Source of the DNA: Isurus oxyrinchus
Taxonomy: Eukaryota
Assembly: GCA_026770705.1 (NCBI GenBank)
Contig: JANJGN010000010.1
Span: 90,830,001 to 90,894,000, forward strand
Reading direction: 5' to 3'
DNA length: 64,000 bases
The position numbers and the translations under genes were made by a program. Below are positions 1 to 13,733 of this stretch, in pieces; the stretch's first letter is position 1; each line of letters opens with the position of its first letter. The notes below the pieces were generated by a model. It saw only the letters and a program-made list of their open reading frames with translations. It searched no databases and was not told where the DNA came from.

Positions 1-3000
1 AGTTACAGAATGTGCCAGTGCGATTGTGAGTGACTTGCAGAATGTGTCAGTGTGACTGCGTTGGAGTTACAGAATGTGCCAGTGTAACTGCATGTGAGTT
101 AGAGAATGCGTCAGTGTGACTGTGAGGGAGGTATAGAATGCGCTAGTGTGATTGTGAGGAAGTTACAGAATGCGTCAGTATGACTGAGAGGGAGTTACAC
201 AGAATGTGTCAGTGTGATTGCGAGGGAGTTACAGAATGTGTCAGTGTGCTTGCGCGGGAGTTACAGAAGGCACCAGTGTGACTGCGAGATAGTTACAGAA
301 CGCATCATTATGACTGCAAGGGTGTTATACAATGCATTATTGTAACTGCGAGGGAGGTACAGAAGGCGCCATTGAGTCTCCGAGGGAGTTCTAGATTGCA
401 TCTGTGTGACTGTGAGGGAGTTATGGAATGCCTCATTGTGACTGCAAGGGAGTTATAGAATGCGTCAGTGTAACTGCGAGCGAGTTATGGAATGCATCAG
501 TGTGACTCCGAGGGAGTTACAGAATACATCAGTGTGACTGCGAGGGAGTTATAGAATGCATCAGTGTGACTGTGAGGCAGTTACAGAATGGACCAGTGTG
601 ACTGCAAGAGTGTCACAGAATGTGCCAGTGTGACTATGAGAGAGTTCTGGAATGCACCAGTGTGTCTCCGAGGGACTTATAGAATACGTTAGTGTGACTC
701 TGAGGCAGTTGCAGAATGTGTCAATATGACTGAGAGTTACAGAATGTGTCAGTGTGATTGCGAGGGAGTTACGGAATGTATTATTGTGATTACGAGGGAG
801 TTACAGAATGTATCAGTGTGACTGTGAGGGAGTTGCAGAATGTGCCAGTGTGACTGCGATGGAGTTACAGAATGCACCAATGTGACTGCGAGGGAATTAC
901 AGAATGTGCCAGTATGACTGCGTGTGAGTTAATGGAATGCGTCAGTGTGACTGCGAGTGAATTATACAATACGTCATTATGACTGCGAGGGAGTTACAGA
1001 ATGCATCATTGTGACTTCGAGGGAGTTATAGAATGCGCTATTGTGATTGTGAGGGAGTTATAGAATACGTCAGTATGACTGAGAGGGAGTTACAGAATGT
1101 GTCAGTGTGATTGCGAGGGAGTTACAGAATGCACCATTGTGTCTGCAAGGGAGTTACAGAATGTGTCAGTGTGATGGCGAGGGAGTTGCAGAATGTGCCA
1201 GGGTGACTGCGATGGAGTTACACAACGCATTATTGTAACTGCAAGGTAGTTACAGAATGCGTCATTGTGTCTCCGAGGGAGTTCCAGATTGCATCAGTGT
1301 GACTGCGAGGGAGTTATGGAATACGTCATTGTGACTGCAAGGGAGTTATAGAATGCGTCAGTGTGACTGCAAGGGAGTTATAGAATGAATCTGTATGACT
1401 GTGAGGGAGTTATGGAATGCATCAGTGTGACGGTGAGGGTGTTACAGAATGCATTATTGTGAGGTAGTTATAGATTGCATCATTGTGACTGAGAGGGAGT
1501 TATATAATGCATCAGTGTGACTGCGAGAGGGGTATGGAATGCATCTGTGTGACTGTGAGGGAGTTATAGCATACATCAGTATGACTGTGAGGGAGTTATG
1601 GAATGCGTCAGTATGACTGCGAGGGAGTTACAGAAGGCACCAGTGTGACTGCGAGGGAGCTACAGAATGCATCATTATGACTGCCAGGGTGTTACAGAAT
1701 GCATTTTTGTAACTGCGAGGGAGTTATAGAATAAGTCAGTATGACTGAGAGGGAGTTACAGAATGTGTCGGTGTGATTGTGAGGGAGTTACAGAATACAC
1801 CAGTGTGATTGCGAGGGAGTTCCAGAATGTGTCAGTGTGATTGCGAGGGAGTTACTGAAGGCACCAGTGTGACTGCAGGGGAGTTACAGAATGCATCATT
1901 ATGACTGCCAGGGTGTTACAGAATGCATTATTGTAACTGCAAGGGAGCTACAGAAGGCGCCATTGTGTCTCCGATGAAGTTATAGATTGCATCAGTGTGA
2001 CTGCGAGGGAGTTTTAGAACGCATCATTGTGACTGCAAGGCAGTTATAGAATGCGTCCGTGTGACTGCGAGCGAGTATGGAATGCGTCAGTGTGACTGCG
2101 AGGGAGTTACAGAATACATCAGTGTGACTGCGAGGGAGTTATATAATGCGTCATTGTGACTGCGAGGGAGTTATAGATTGCATCAGTGTGACTGTGAGCC
2201 AACTACAGAATGCACCAGTGTGACAGCGAGGGAGTTACAGAATGTGCCAGCGTGGCTCCAAGGAAATTGCAGAATGTGCCTGTGTGTCTCCGAGGGACTT
2301 ATAGAATACATTAGTGTGACTCTGAGGGAGTTGCAGAATGTGTCAATATGACTGAGAGGGAGTTACAGAATGTGTCAGTGTGATTGCGAGGGAGTTACGG
2401 AATGCATTATTGTGATTGCGAGGGAGTTACAGAATGCATCAGTGTGACTGCGAGTTAATTATACAATACGTCATTATGACTGCGCGGGAGTTACAGAAGG
2501 CACCAGTGTGACTGCGAGACAGTTACAGAACGCATCATTATGACTGCAAGGGTGTTATACAATGCGTTATTGTAACTGCAAGGGAGGTACAGAAGCCACC
2601 ATTGTGTCTCCGAGGGAGTTCTAGATTGCATCTGTGTGACTGCGAGGGAGTTATGGAATGCCTCATTGTGACTGCAAGGGAGTTATAGAATGCGTCAGTG
2701 TAACTGCAGGCGAGTTATGGAATGCATCAGTGTGACTCCAAGGGAGTTATGGAATGCCTCATTGTGATTGCGAGGGAGTTATAGAATGCGTCAGTGTAAC
2801 TGCGAGCGAGTTATGGAATGCATCAGTGTGACTCCGAGGGAGTTATGGTATGCATCAATGTGACTGCGAGGGAGTTATAGAATGCGTCAGTGTGACTGCG
2901 AGGCAGTTACAGAATGGACCAGTGTGACTGCAAGTGAGTCACAGAATGTGCCAGTGTGACTGTGAGAGAGTTCTGGAATGCACCAGTGTGTCTCCGAGGG

Positions 3001-6000
3001 ACTTATAGAATACGTTAGTGTGACTCTGAGGAGTTATAGAATGTGTCAGTATGACTGAGAGGGAGTTACAGAATGTGTCAGTGTGATTGCGAGGGAGTTA
3101 CAGAATACATTATTGTGAATGCGAGGGAGTTACAGAATGCATCAGTGTGACTGTGAGGGAGTTGCAGAATGTGCCAGTGTGACTGCAATGGAGTTACAGA
3201 ATGCACCAATGTGACTGTGAGGGTATTACAGAATGTGCCAGTATGACTGCGTGTGAGTTATGGAATGCGTCAGTGTGACTGCGAGTGAATTATACAATAC
3301 GTCATTATGACTGCGAGGGAGTTACAGAATGCATCATTGTGACTTCGAGGGAGTTATAGAATGCGCTATTGTGATTGTGAGGGAGTTATAGAATACGTCA
3401 GTATGACTGAGAGGGAGTTACAGAATGCGTCAGTGTGATGGCGAGGGAGTTACAGAATGCATTATTGTGAATGCAAGGGAGTTACAGAATGCACCAGTGT
3501 GACTGCGAGGGAGTTGCAGAATGTGCCAGTGTGACTGCGATGGAGGTACAGAAGGCACCAGTGTGACTGCGAGGGAGGTATGGAATGCGTCATTGTGACT
3601 GCGAGGGTGTTACACAATGCATTATTGTAACTGCGAGGGAGTTATGGAATCTGTCATTGTGAGTGCAAGGGAGTTATAGAATGCGTCAGTGTGACTGAGA
3701 GGGAGTTACAGAATGTGTCAGTGTGATTGCGAGGGACTTGCAGAATGTGTCAGTGTGACTGTGAGTGAGTTACAGAATGTGGCTTTGTAACTGCGTGTGA
3801 GTTACAGAATGCATCAATGTTAATGTACAGGAGGTATAGAATGCGCTAGTGTGATTGTGAGGGAGTTACAGAATGCATCAGTATGACTGAGAGGGAGTTA
3901 CAGAATGTGTCAGTGTGATTGCGAGGGAGTTACAGAATGTATCAGTGTAATTGCGAGAGAGTTACAGAAGGCACCAGTGTGACTGCGAGGGAGTTACAAA
4001 ATGCATTATTATGACTGCCAGGGTGTTACAGAATGCATTATTGTAACTGCGAGGGAGCTACAGAAGGCACCATTGTGTCTCCTATAGAGTTACAGATTGC
4101 ATCAGTGTGACTGCGAGGGAGTTATAGAATGCATCATTGTGACTGCAAGGCAGTTTTAGAATGCGTCAGTGTGACTGTGAGCAAGTATGGAATGTGTCAG
4201 TGTGACTGCGAGGGAGTTACAGAATGCATTAGTGTGACTGCGAGGGAGTTATATAATGCGCAATTGTGACTGCGAGGGAGTTACAGAATGCACCATTGTG
4301 GCTTCGAGGGAGTTATAGATTGCATCAGTGTGACTACGAGGGAGTTACAGAAGGCACCAGTGTGACTGTGAGGGAGTTACAAAATGCATCATTATGACTG
4401 CCAGGGTGTTACAGAATGTATTATTGTAACTGTGAGGGAGCTACAGAAGGCACCATTGTGTCTCCGATAGAGTTACAGATTGCATCAGTGTGACTGCGAG
4501 GGAGTTATGGAATGCGTCATTGTGACTGCAAGGGAGTTATAGAATGCGTCAATGTAACTGCGAGGGAGTTATAGAATGCATCTGAATGACTGAGAGGGAG
4601 TTATGGAATGCATCAGTGTGGCGGTGAGGGTGTTACAGAATGCATTATTGTGACTGTGAGGTAGTTATAGATTGCATCATTGTGACTGCGAGGGAGTTAT
4701 ATAATGCATCAGTGTGACTGTGAGGGAGTTATGGAATACATCAGTGTGACTGCGAGGGAGTTATAGAATGCGTCAGTGTGACTGCGAGGGAGTTACAGAA
4801 GGCACCAGTGTGACTGCGAGGGAGTTACAGAATGCATCATTATGACTGCCAGGGTGTTACAGAATGCATTATTGTAACTGCGAGGGAGTTATAGAATAAG
4901 TCAGTATGACTGAGAGGGAGTTACAGAATGTGTCAGTGTGATTGCGAGGGTCTTGCAGAATGTGTCAGTGTGACTGTGAGTGAGTTACAGAATGTGGCTT
5001 TGTAACTGCGTGTGAGTTACAGAATGCATCAATATGAATGTGCAGGAGGTATAGAATGCGCTAGTGTGATTGCGATGGTGTTCCAGAATGTGTCATTGTG
5101 ATTGCGAGGGAGTTACAGAATGTGCCAGTGTGACTGTGAGGGAGTTACACAGAATGTGCCAGTGTGATTGCGAGGGAGTTACAGAATGTGTCAGTGTGAT
5201 TGCGCGGGAGTTACAGAAGGCACCAGTGCGACTGCGAGATAGTTACAGAATGCATCATTATGACTGCAAGGGTGTTATACAATGCATTATTGTAACTGTG
5301 AGGGAGGTACAGAAGGCGCCATTGTGTCTCCGAGGGATTTCTAGATTGCATCTGTGTGACTGCGAGGGAGTTATGGAATGCCTCATTGTGACTGCAAGGG
5401 AGTTATAGAATGCGTCAGTGTGACTGCGAGCGAGTTATGGAATGCATCAGTGTGACTCCGAGGGAGTTACAGAATACATCAGTGTGACTGCGAGGGAGTT
5501 ATATAATGCGTCATTGTGACTGCGAGGGAGTTATAGATTGCATCAGTGTGACTGTGAGCCAACTACGGAATGCACCAGTGTGACAACAAGGGAGTTACAG
5601 AATGTGCCAGTGTGGCTCCGAGGAAATTGCAGAATGTGCCTGTGTGGCTGCGAGGGAGTTATAGAATTCGCTAGTGTGAATCTGTGGGAGTTACAGAATG
5701 CGTCAACATGACTGAGAGGGAGTTACAGATTGTGCCAGTGCGATTATGAGTGACTTGCAGAATGTGTCAGTGTGATTGTGAGTGACTTGCAGAATGTGTC
5801 AGTGTGACTGCAGTGGAGTTACAGAATGTGCCAGTGTGACTGTGAGGGAGTTACAGAATGTGCCAGTGTAACTGCGTGTGAATTACAGAATGCGTCAGTG
5901 TGACTGTGAGGGACGTATAGAATGCGCTAGTGTGATTGTGAGGGAGTTACAGAATGTGTCAGTATGACTGAGAGGGAGCTACAGAATATGTCAGTGTGAT

Positions 6001-7180
6001 TGCGAGGGAGTTACAGAAGGCACCAGTGTGACTGCGAGGGAGTTACAAAATGCATCATTATGACTGCCAGGGTGTTACAGAATGCATTATTGTAACTGCA
6101 AGGGAGCTACAGAAGGCACCATTGTGTCTCCGATAGAGTTACAGATTGCATCAGTGTGACTGAGAGGGAGTTATAGAATGCGTCAGTGTGACTGCGAGCG
6201 AGTATGGAATGTGTCACTGTGACTGCGAGGGAGTTACAGAATGCATCAGTGTGACTGCAAGGGGCTTATGGAATGCATCAGTGTGACTGCGAGGGATTTA
6301 TAGAATGTATCAGTGTGACTGTAAGGGAGTTATAGAATGCGTCAGTGTGAGTGCGAGGGAGTTATAGAATGCATCAGTGTGACTGAGGGAGTTATAGATT
6401 GCATCATTGTGACTGCGAGGGAGTTATATAATGCATCAGTGTGATATCGAGCGGGTTATGGAATGTATCAGTGTGACTGTAAGGGAGTTATAGAATGCGT
6501 CAGTGTGAGTGCAAGGGAGTTATAGAATGCATCAGTGTGACTGCGAAGGAGTTATAGAATGCGTCAGTGTGACTACGAAGGAGTTATAGAATGTGTCAGT
6601 GTGACTACAAGGGAGTTATGGAATGCATAAATGTGACTGCGAGGGGGTTATGGAATGTATCAGTGTGACTGTAAGGGAGTTATAGAATGCGTCAGTGTGA
6701 GTGCAAGGGAGTTATAGAATGCATCAGTGTGACTGCGAAGGAGTTATAGAATGCGTCAGTGTGACTACGAAGGAGTTATAGAATATGTCAGTGTGACTAT
6801 GAGGGAGTTATAGAATGCATAAGTGTGACTGCGAGGGAGTTTTAGAATGCGTCAGTGTTGGCATATACAATATGCCAATGTGACTGCATGGGAATTACAC
6901 AGTGTGTCTTTGTGACTGTAAGGGAATTATAGAATGCCCATATGAACTAAGAGGTAGTTAGAAAATTTCAGTAGCATCTGTGAGGAATTTACAGAGTGTC
7001 AGCTTGAAATCAGGGAATGTAAGGAAAGAATGCGAGCTTGAACTATGAGGCAGTTAGTTGATTGTGTCAGCATAATCTAAGCGTGAATTAGGAGAAAGTG
7101 TCAGCACCAACTCTGGAGCAATTATTGCATGTCAGCATGAACTGTGAGACAGTAAGAAGGGTGTGTTAGCTTGAAGTTCA
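1..7180. repeat. 32-bp tandem minisatellite (consensus ~GAGTTACAGAATGCATCAGTGTGACTGCGAGG), open at the window's left edge and decaying at ~6850-7180
   Basis: Period counted directly (tcagtgtgac at 4741 and 4773). More than 200 units, with variant blocks recurring (e.g. ~190-560 resembles ~5140-5510). Confidence 0.97.
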
Positions 7181-7489
7181 AGGCAATCTTTTCCCTCACC
7201 TATTTTATGAATTTAATTTCAAATTGTGCCTTTAGCATTTTAACAACTTCAGAATCTGAGGGCTAGATTTTCATGTTAGAGAAGGGTAGCATGAATTGGG
7301 AAATTTCAGTGCACCAGCCTCGTGAAAACGTACCTCCAAAGGCATAGTTTCCATTCTGTGGTTGGCTGTGTGCCCACCAGCCCCAGAAGCCATTCGGCGG
7401 CGACCACAGTGGCTGCAACATGGCAAGAAGGCTGGTTAAAATGCCTGCCTCAGTTCTCTGGGACTTTATCCCAGTTGTTCTATTCAATA

Positions 7490-7930
7490 TTAGACCCTGT
7501 AGCCCTCACCACTCATATCCCCTCACTCAATCCCCATGCCCCATCCATGACATCCCAAGCCCCTATACCCACCTCCAATGTTCCCCATATCCTCCATTCC
7601 AACCCATGACTCTCTCCCCACCCCCAATGGTCCCTCATATCCTCTATGCTAGCCCATGCCCCTCCATTTACACCCAGTGGTCTCCCATATCCTCCATGCC
7701 AATCCATGCTCCTCTACCCATTCCTAATGTCCCTTTATGCCTTCCATGATAACCCGTGCCCAACCATTGATACTCAATGGTCCCTCACATCCTCCCATCC
7801 AACCCGTGACCCTCCATACACTCCTCTAACCTCTCATCCCTTCAGTGCCAACCTATACCCCTCCATCCATTCCCAATGTTCTCTCATTCCCTCTATGCCA
7901 ACTCATAGCACTTCACCCAATATGCACACT
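7490..7930. repeat. Pyrimidine-rich low-complexity repeat (cccatgcc/cccatatcc-like units), possibly the interior of a decayed MITE
   Basis: Recurrent ccaatg.tccc.catatcctc.atgc motifs. Termini not resolved. Confidence 0.45.
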
Positions 7931-8751
7931 GTACAGAACCAATGAACCCTATAAAAACAGAGGTAGATATGGAAAAGCTTAAAAAATAGACATTCATAAC
8001 TTATATTAAATAAAACTGATCTTATTACAACCCTACTAAAGTGTCAATCAAGGAGATCAATAAAGTATCAATAGCAGAAACTATAAGCATTTTACATCTT
8101 TTCATCTTGTGTAAATAAATTTTGAGCCTTTGACAAAATAGATCTAAGAAAAAAAGCTGTCAATCAAACAGCATTTAGCCTTATGTGCAGCTGCTTCAAT
8201 GAGCTGACAGAAGTCTCGGATCTTAGCCAAGCATGCATAGATGCCTACACCTGTAATGGAGCCAACCAGGTTGGGAATGCAGGGTCATTGTCTGCACCCT
8301 TCTCCCATGCTAATGAAAATTGGGGCACCAGGAATTGGGGCAGGAAGACTAAAACTTGGTCCCGTCTGTCATTTTTAAAGGCCCATGGCGTCTCTCTGAC
8401 TCCATGATAAACCAGCTCCATGTATTTTCATGTTAGGGCTATTCTTGAGTTGTCAGGTTCTTGGAAGCTTTTGGTCAGCTTTTACTATTTTTCAAAGTTG
8501 GCATGAAGGTAGGAAAGGAAATTAAACAGCTCATTGCAACAAAACTACCTCCAGTTACCCAAACAGCAGAGTTTAGAAACTCAACAATAAGCATGCCATT
8601 TTGCTACCTCTGTCTTCACAAGAAAGCGTATACTAAACTTTTGTTTCTTTTGCTTATGAGACAAAGTGATAATGTAAATTGGATCATTATGACCATGGTG
8701 CCAATAGACCTTTTCTTCCTGAAAGACGTATTTGCAAATACTTTTGCAAGA

Positions 8752-8906
8752 ATAAAAGCAAAATACTGCTGTTGCTGGAAATCTAAACTAAAAACAAAAA
8801 TTGCTGGAAAAACTCAGCAGGTCCGGCAGCATCTGTGTGTGCTCTCTCTGCTCAGATACTGCCAGACCTGCTGAGTTTTCCAAGCATTTTTTGTTTTTAC
8901 ATTTCC
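8752..8906. mobile_element. Miniature inverted pair of Penelope 3' tails (hairpin)
   Basis: aaaattgctggaaaaactcagcaggtccggcagcatctg is followed by its near reverse complement cagatactgccagacctgctgagttttccaagcattttt. Same tail as the full Penelope at 34140-34225. Confidence 0.8.
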
Positions 8907-9125
8907 AAGAAGATAGGCCCCTTTAACATTAGCTATGACAGTAGCTGGTTTCTATTTTAACCCAACAAAACATTAATCTCTCCTTCTGATCATCAATTTA
9001 TATCAATTATTCATACCCACTGGACATTCAGCATGTGACATAGAGCAAACAGTGGATAACAAGAGGGATAATTTTACTAAATCTCACTCTTGGCTACATA
9101 CCTTGCCTCTCAGCACTGTATGATG

Positions 9126-9815
9126 AGCCAGGATTTTGCCCTCGGTGGGTGCGGGCGGGAGTGGTCAAGAAGATGACTGCTGCCCGCAATCGGGGCCAAA
9201 CCACAATTTCACACTGGTGGGCCAATTAAGACCCGCCCAGCGTGAAAAGCGAGCTGCAGCTCTCAGCGCTGCCTCTGTGAGGGAGGGATGGAGGGCTAGT
9301 GGGGAGCTTCACGCATGCACGCAAGTGTGTGCAGGAAAAGCTTCCTGAGGCACAGAGCTGCCTCGGAGAGCTGAAGATATAGAAAATCAAAAATAAAGAT
9401 TTTAAAAATGTTACAAAATATGGCCCCTTGTGTGACTGTCACATAAGCAGGGACATCTTAGTAATGAAAAGTTAAAATTTTTATTTTATTTTTAATTGCT
9501 ATTGGAAACCTCATCCCACCTGTAGATGAGGTTTTCTAAAAAAGCGAAAGGCCGCGTGGCCGTCCGGCAACCATAAGGTTGAATGGGAACGAAAAATTAC
9601 ATTTAATTGGTACTATAATGGCCTTAATATGCCCGTTAATTGTCGGCAGGCAGGCTGCTGACTCGAGCACGCTGGTGGGCCAATGATGGGCCCGCCGACC
9701 GATATATTGTGCAAGTGCACGATGACGTCGGGACGCTTGCTGGACATCATCGCGTGTCATTTTACGCTTGTTCAGGTTGGGTGCATGCCTACCCAATGAG
9801 GTAAAAATTCTGGCC
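9126..9815. mobile_element. Non-autonomous PIF/Harbinger-type MITE
   Basis: Imperfect TIRs agccaggattttgccctcggtggg / cccaatgaggtaaaaattctggcc. ATG trinucleotide on both flanks (9123-9125, 9816-9818). No coding capacity. Confidence 0.75.
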
Positions 9816-9984
9816 ATGGAGATTCAAGCACATACCAATATGATTTTCTGTCCACTAGAAATATAATGGATGAAAAATAGAGGCAGTTGTATGCTCAGTT
9901 CCCAGTCTGCAATCCCATCAGCAAGGTTTCGCAACCGTCATTTTATAAACATACGCCTTGGGTATGTGATTTTATGAAATCATT

Positions 9985-10058
9985 GTCCATTTCTGCAGCA
10001 TTTCTAGCATTTTCTGTTTTTATTTCAGATTTCTAGCATTCACAGTATTTTGCTTTTA
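9985..10058 (+). mobile_element. Penelope 3'-tail fragment
   Basis: atttctagcattttctgtttttatttcagatttctagcattcacagtattttgctttt resembles the tail at 34165-34225. Confidence 0.6.
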
Positions 10059-10152
10059 ATCCCTGCTAATTGTATGCCATTGTACATCAGCACAAACTAA
10101 ATAATAAATTAATTTCAGTATTTTGTGTAGTTTAATTCTGTTTTTTGTGCAG

Positions 10153-10291
10153 TTTGTGTTCTATGGGCTGGTGGAACTGCACCAGCGAGCCATGTACAGG
10201 GAGCTGTTCAGTTGAAGGAGGATCATTTGTCACTTCATTTGATTTATGGAGCTACAGATTCCATGGTGCATGCAAGTACCTGCTGGTCAAA
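10153..10291 (+). CDS. MUC6: Mucin exon A: LCSMGWWNCTSEPCTGSCSVEGGSFVTSFDLWSYRFHGACKYLLVK (start of VWD)
   Basis: ttttgtgcAG acceptor, GTaaga donor, phase 2 to 0. VWD N-terminal signature C..EGGS..T.FD...Y.F.G.C.Y.L. Confidence 0.9.
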
Positions 10292-10921
10292 GTAAGATAA
10301 TTACGTTCTAAATGGTTCCAATAGGTGACAAATATCTTGTTTAAAGTTAATTTTAAAAATTGGACATCCTGCTTCCTTTTCCTGGACCTTTGCTAACTAA
10401 GGTTCCTCGTTCTCGTCATACAAATGTGCACAGGGAGACTCTATGTTTCCAGAATTCTCTCAATTCCTCTGTAACAGATCTGCATGATATACAAGGGTGG
10501 CCCTGCTTTTCTTCATCTTCTGAAACCTATTTTTCAAGTGATCGGAGGCATCAAGCCACCTCTCACGGCGCAATATCACAGAATAGTTTCACACTGAGGT
10601 GATAAACTACTGTGTCTCCAGTCTTTCCTTTCATCAGTGGGGCAAAAAAAGCAGATGAGGAAACAGCTTAATATTTCAGGGCAAAGTGAAAATCTAGATG
10701 TTTCGAGAACAATAGGGAATTTTTGTTTTGGTTTTTATTGCTGTACGATAAGTGGGGAACTCATCACTTTAATTTAGAAGCTCTAATACTAGTTTCTAAG
10801 ACGTTTATACAATCCTTGGGGTTTGTGTTTGTCCAATATGAACTCATTCTTCCCATAAGAACACATTCCACTTAACTCAGTCCAGAGAGTTTAGTTACAG
10901 GTTGGCAGATTTTGCTTTATA

Positions 10922-11050
10922 TTAATTCACGGGATGTGGACTTTGCTGGCTGGGCCAGCATTTATAGCCCATCCCTAGTGGCCCTTGAGAAGGTGGTGGT
11001 GCGCTGCCTTCTTGAACCACTGCAGTCCCTGTGGTGTAGGTACCCTAAGG
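10922..11050 (-). mobile_element. 3' end of a CR1/L2-group LINE
   Basis: Minus ORF ends GLQWFKKAAHHHLLKG, followed by a gggatgggc.ataaatgctggcc tail. The same tail recurs at 11730, 12285 and 26610. Confidence 0.7.
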
Positions 11051-11727
11051 TAAACCTTAAGGTGGCTGAAGTGTAACCAGGGATGCTGAAGAAGTTCAAC
11101 CAAATAAAAATGTTCAGATAACCAGATTATCCAGCTAGGCTCACACAGCCATTTAGGGCTATGGTCTGGAATGTTATCTGGAGCCAAGTGGGGAAATTCC
11201 CAGCTCCCAGTAGTGACCCATCCTTCCATCTTCCATTAATGGGCTAAGCTGACTTATCAAGCATCAACATTACCCTGGACTGTAGTGGGCCTGCCTAGTT
11301 CAAGTATTAGATTATTAAACTGCAGAGGTGCACATCTGTGTTACTTTGGAACTCCTTCTGCCCTATATTGACATAGGCTGTCTCCTCCTGCTCACACAAT
11401 GGAAATAATCAGTGCTTAGTTATGATACAACTGATATGCACAAGTCTGTACCTTTGCTAACACAAGTACCAGGACTTTCACATGACTGTCATGGCAGGCA
11501 GCATGAAATATCAGACTGCATTGGCACCATCCTTCTGTTAGTAGCACTGACACACATCAGCTGTCATCGAATGGGAGTTCCACCAATTGAACTGAGCTTC
11601 AGGAACAACTATTTGCCTCTTTTAACCCAAGGTAGGCACTGACTTGCTGTATGATGTTTTCATACCTGGTGTCAGACAATGCCTTCCTGCAGTTGTTGTC
11701 CCATTGCGCAGAATTTATTTACCTTTT

Positions 11728-11825
11728 ATTCTTTCATGAAATGTTGGCATCACTGGCAAGGCCAGCAATTGTTGCCCATCCCAAATAGCCCTTGAGAAGG
11801 TAGCATATCAGGCAGCCTGTTTGAC
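11728..11825 (-). mobile_element. LINE 3'-tail fragment (same family as 10922)
   Basis: ggcaaggccagcaattgttgcccatcccaaatagcccttgagaagg. Confidence 0.6.
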
Positions 11826-12281
11826 ACTGGTCATTTTAACCTTCTAGACATCTATATTCATTGCTGTATGCTAAGCTTGTTCATCACTAATTTTAGTCCA
11901 CATGATTGCATAAAGGTCATGAAATTGGTCTGAGATGTTGGCGACAGGTTGTTGGAGGCCAGAGCCTTTCCACCCAGTAGCCAATTCCCCTTTTGCTGTA
12001 AATTCACATTATAATTTGGATTTGGATCTGGCAGCTGGGCCAGGAAAGCCATCCTGTTGCATACCTAGGAGCTTAGAACTATGGAGAACTGAACCGTGCA
12101 TCTGAGAACAGTAAACCTTTTCTAGTTATCTGTTAGTTTCAGAGTTTGCTGTGGACAGTGGTCATCTGAGAGACTCAAAAGCCCTCTGAGAACTTCTTCC
12201 ACTTGTTAACCTAAGACAGTTGGATAACTTGTTAGTTCATGGTTTTTTTATTGATGCATTAATTTTGAATTGATTTTCTTT

Positions 12282-12695
12282 TTATTCATTCCTGGGTTGT
12301 GGGCGTCGCTGGCCAGACCAGCATTTATTGCCCTCCGTAATTGCCCTTTGTCTCCAGAACGACTGTGCAGTGGTCACTCCTACCGACACTGTCACTGGAC
12401 AGTTGCATCTGTGGCAGGCAGGTTGGTGAGGATGAGGTCAAGTATGTTTTTCCCTCTTTTTGGTTCCCTCACCACCTACCGCAGACACAGTCATAAGTTA
12501 TGTCCTTTAGGACTCAGCCTCAATCAGTAGTGGTGCTACCGAGCCACTCTTAGTGATGGGCATTGAAATCCCCCACCCAGAGTACATTCTGTGCCCTTGC
12601 CACCCTTAGTGCTTCCTGCAAGTGGTGTTCAACATGGAGCAGCACTAATTCATCAGCTAGGGAGGGGGGTGTGGGCAGGTGGTGGTACATGGTGA
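12282..12695 (-). mobile_element. Internally deleted LINE (3' tail joined to endonuclease region)
   Basis: Tail at 12285-12350. The remainder encodes APE-like motifs on the minus strand (WVGDFNAHH, PT.RGKNILDLILTN). Confidence 0.65.
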
Positions 12696-12696
12696 T

Positions 12697-13372
12697 CATA
12701 GAAACTTTGAAAATAGGAGCAGGAGTAGGTCATTCAGCCCTTTAAGCATGCTGTGCCATTCAATATGATCATGGCTGATTCTCTAACTCAACATCATACT
12801 CCCGCGCTCTCCGCATATCCCTTGATGCCCTTAGAGACAAGAAATCTATCCAATTCCTTCTTAAGTATATTGAGCGACTTAGCCACTACAGCTTTTAATT
12901 GTAGAGAATTCCCCAGGTTCCCAACCTCTGAGGGAAGAATTTCTCCTCCTCTCTGTCCTAAATGGCCTGCCCCATATTCTGAAATTGTGATCCCTTGCTT
13001 TAGACCCCCCCCCCCCCACCCCACCAACCCTCCAGCCAGAGGAAACATCCCTGCACCCAGTCTGTCTAGCCCTGTCAGAATTTTATATGTTCCAATGAGA
13101 TCCACTCTCATTCTTCTAAACTCCAGTGAACAAAGGCCTAGTCGGCCCAATCTCTCCTCAGACAACAATCTTGCCATCCCAGAATCAACCTGGTGAACCT
13201 TCTTCGCTGCACTCCCTCTATGGTAAGTATATCCTTTCTTAGGTAAGGAGACCAAAACTGCACACAATACTCCAGGAGTGGTCGCACCAAGGCCCTGTAC
13301 AGCTGCAGTAAGACATCCTTGCTCCTGTACTCAAATTCCCTTACAATGGAAGGCCAACGTACCATTTGCCTT
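12697..13372 (-). mobile_element. CR1 LINE, RT C-terminus and 3' UTR
   Basis: ORFs 13138-13365 and 12794-13267: LYRALVRPLLEYCVQFWSPYLRKDI..EGVQRR, RLGRLGLCSLEFRRMRVDLI. Confidence 0.9.
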
Positions 13373-13488
13373 CAATGCATCAACTATCTCACTAAACACT
13401 TGTTTTAAGACCTCAGGACCCAAGCTCTTGTCAGCTCGCAGCTCCAACAATTTACTCAGTACCCCTTCTCTGGTGATTGTAATTTTCC

Positions 13489-13733
13489 TGGGCAGCATTT
13501 TACGTTCAGCGTGTGGGCATGTGTCCGACGCGCCAGAATGTAAAATGACGCACGATATTTCATTCGGCAGGCGGGTGCATGCTGGAGCCGGCTGCGTGCC
13601 CGCTGATAATTGAAAGGCCCATTAAGGCAATTAACAAGGTAATTAAGTAGAATTTTATGCGGCCTATCCAACCTTACAGTTGGTGGCCAGGTGAAAAGGC
13701 CAAGCGGCCTTTGAGTTTTTTTAGGAAACCTCA
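13489..13733. mobile_element. Left part of a Harbinger-type MITE interrupted by CR1; the probable other end lies at ~15810-15861
   Basis: Reverse-complement similarity to 9540-9815 (aaaatgacgcacgat, ccattaaggc, aggaaacctca). Termini gggcagcattttac / gtaaaatttcaccc. Confidence 0.55.

Noticed and set aside
5070-5408. 112-aa ORF in the 32-bp array
   Set aside because: Chance stop-free run through repeat units.
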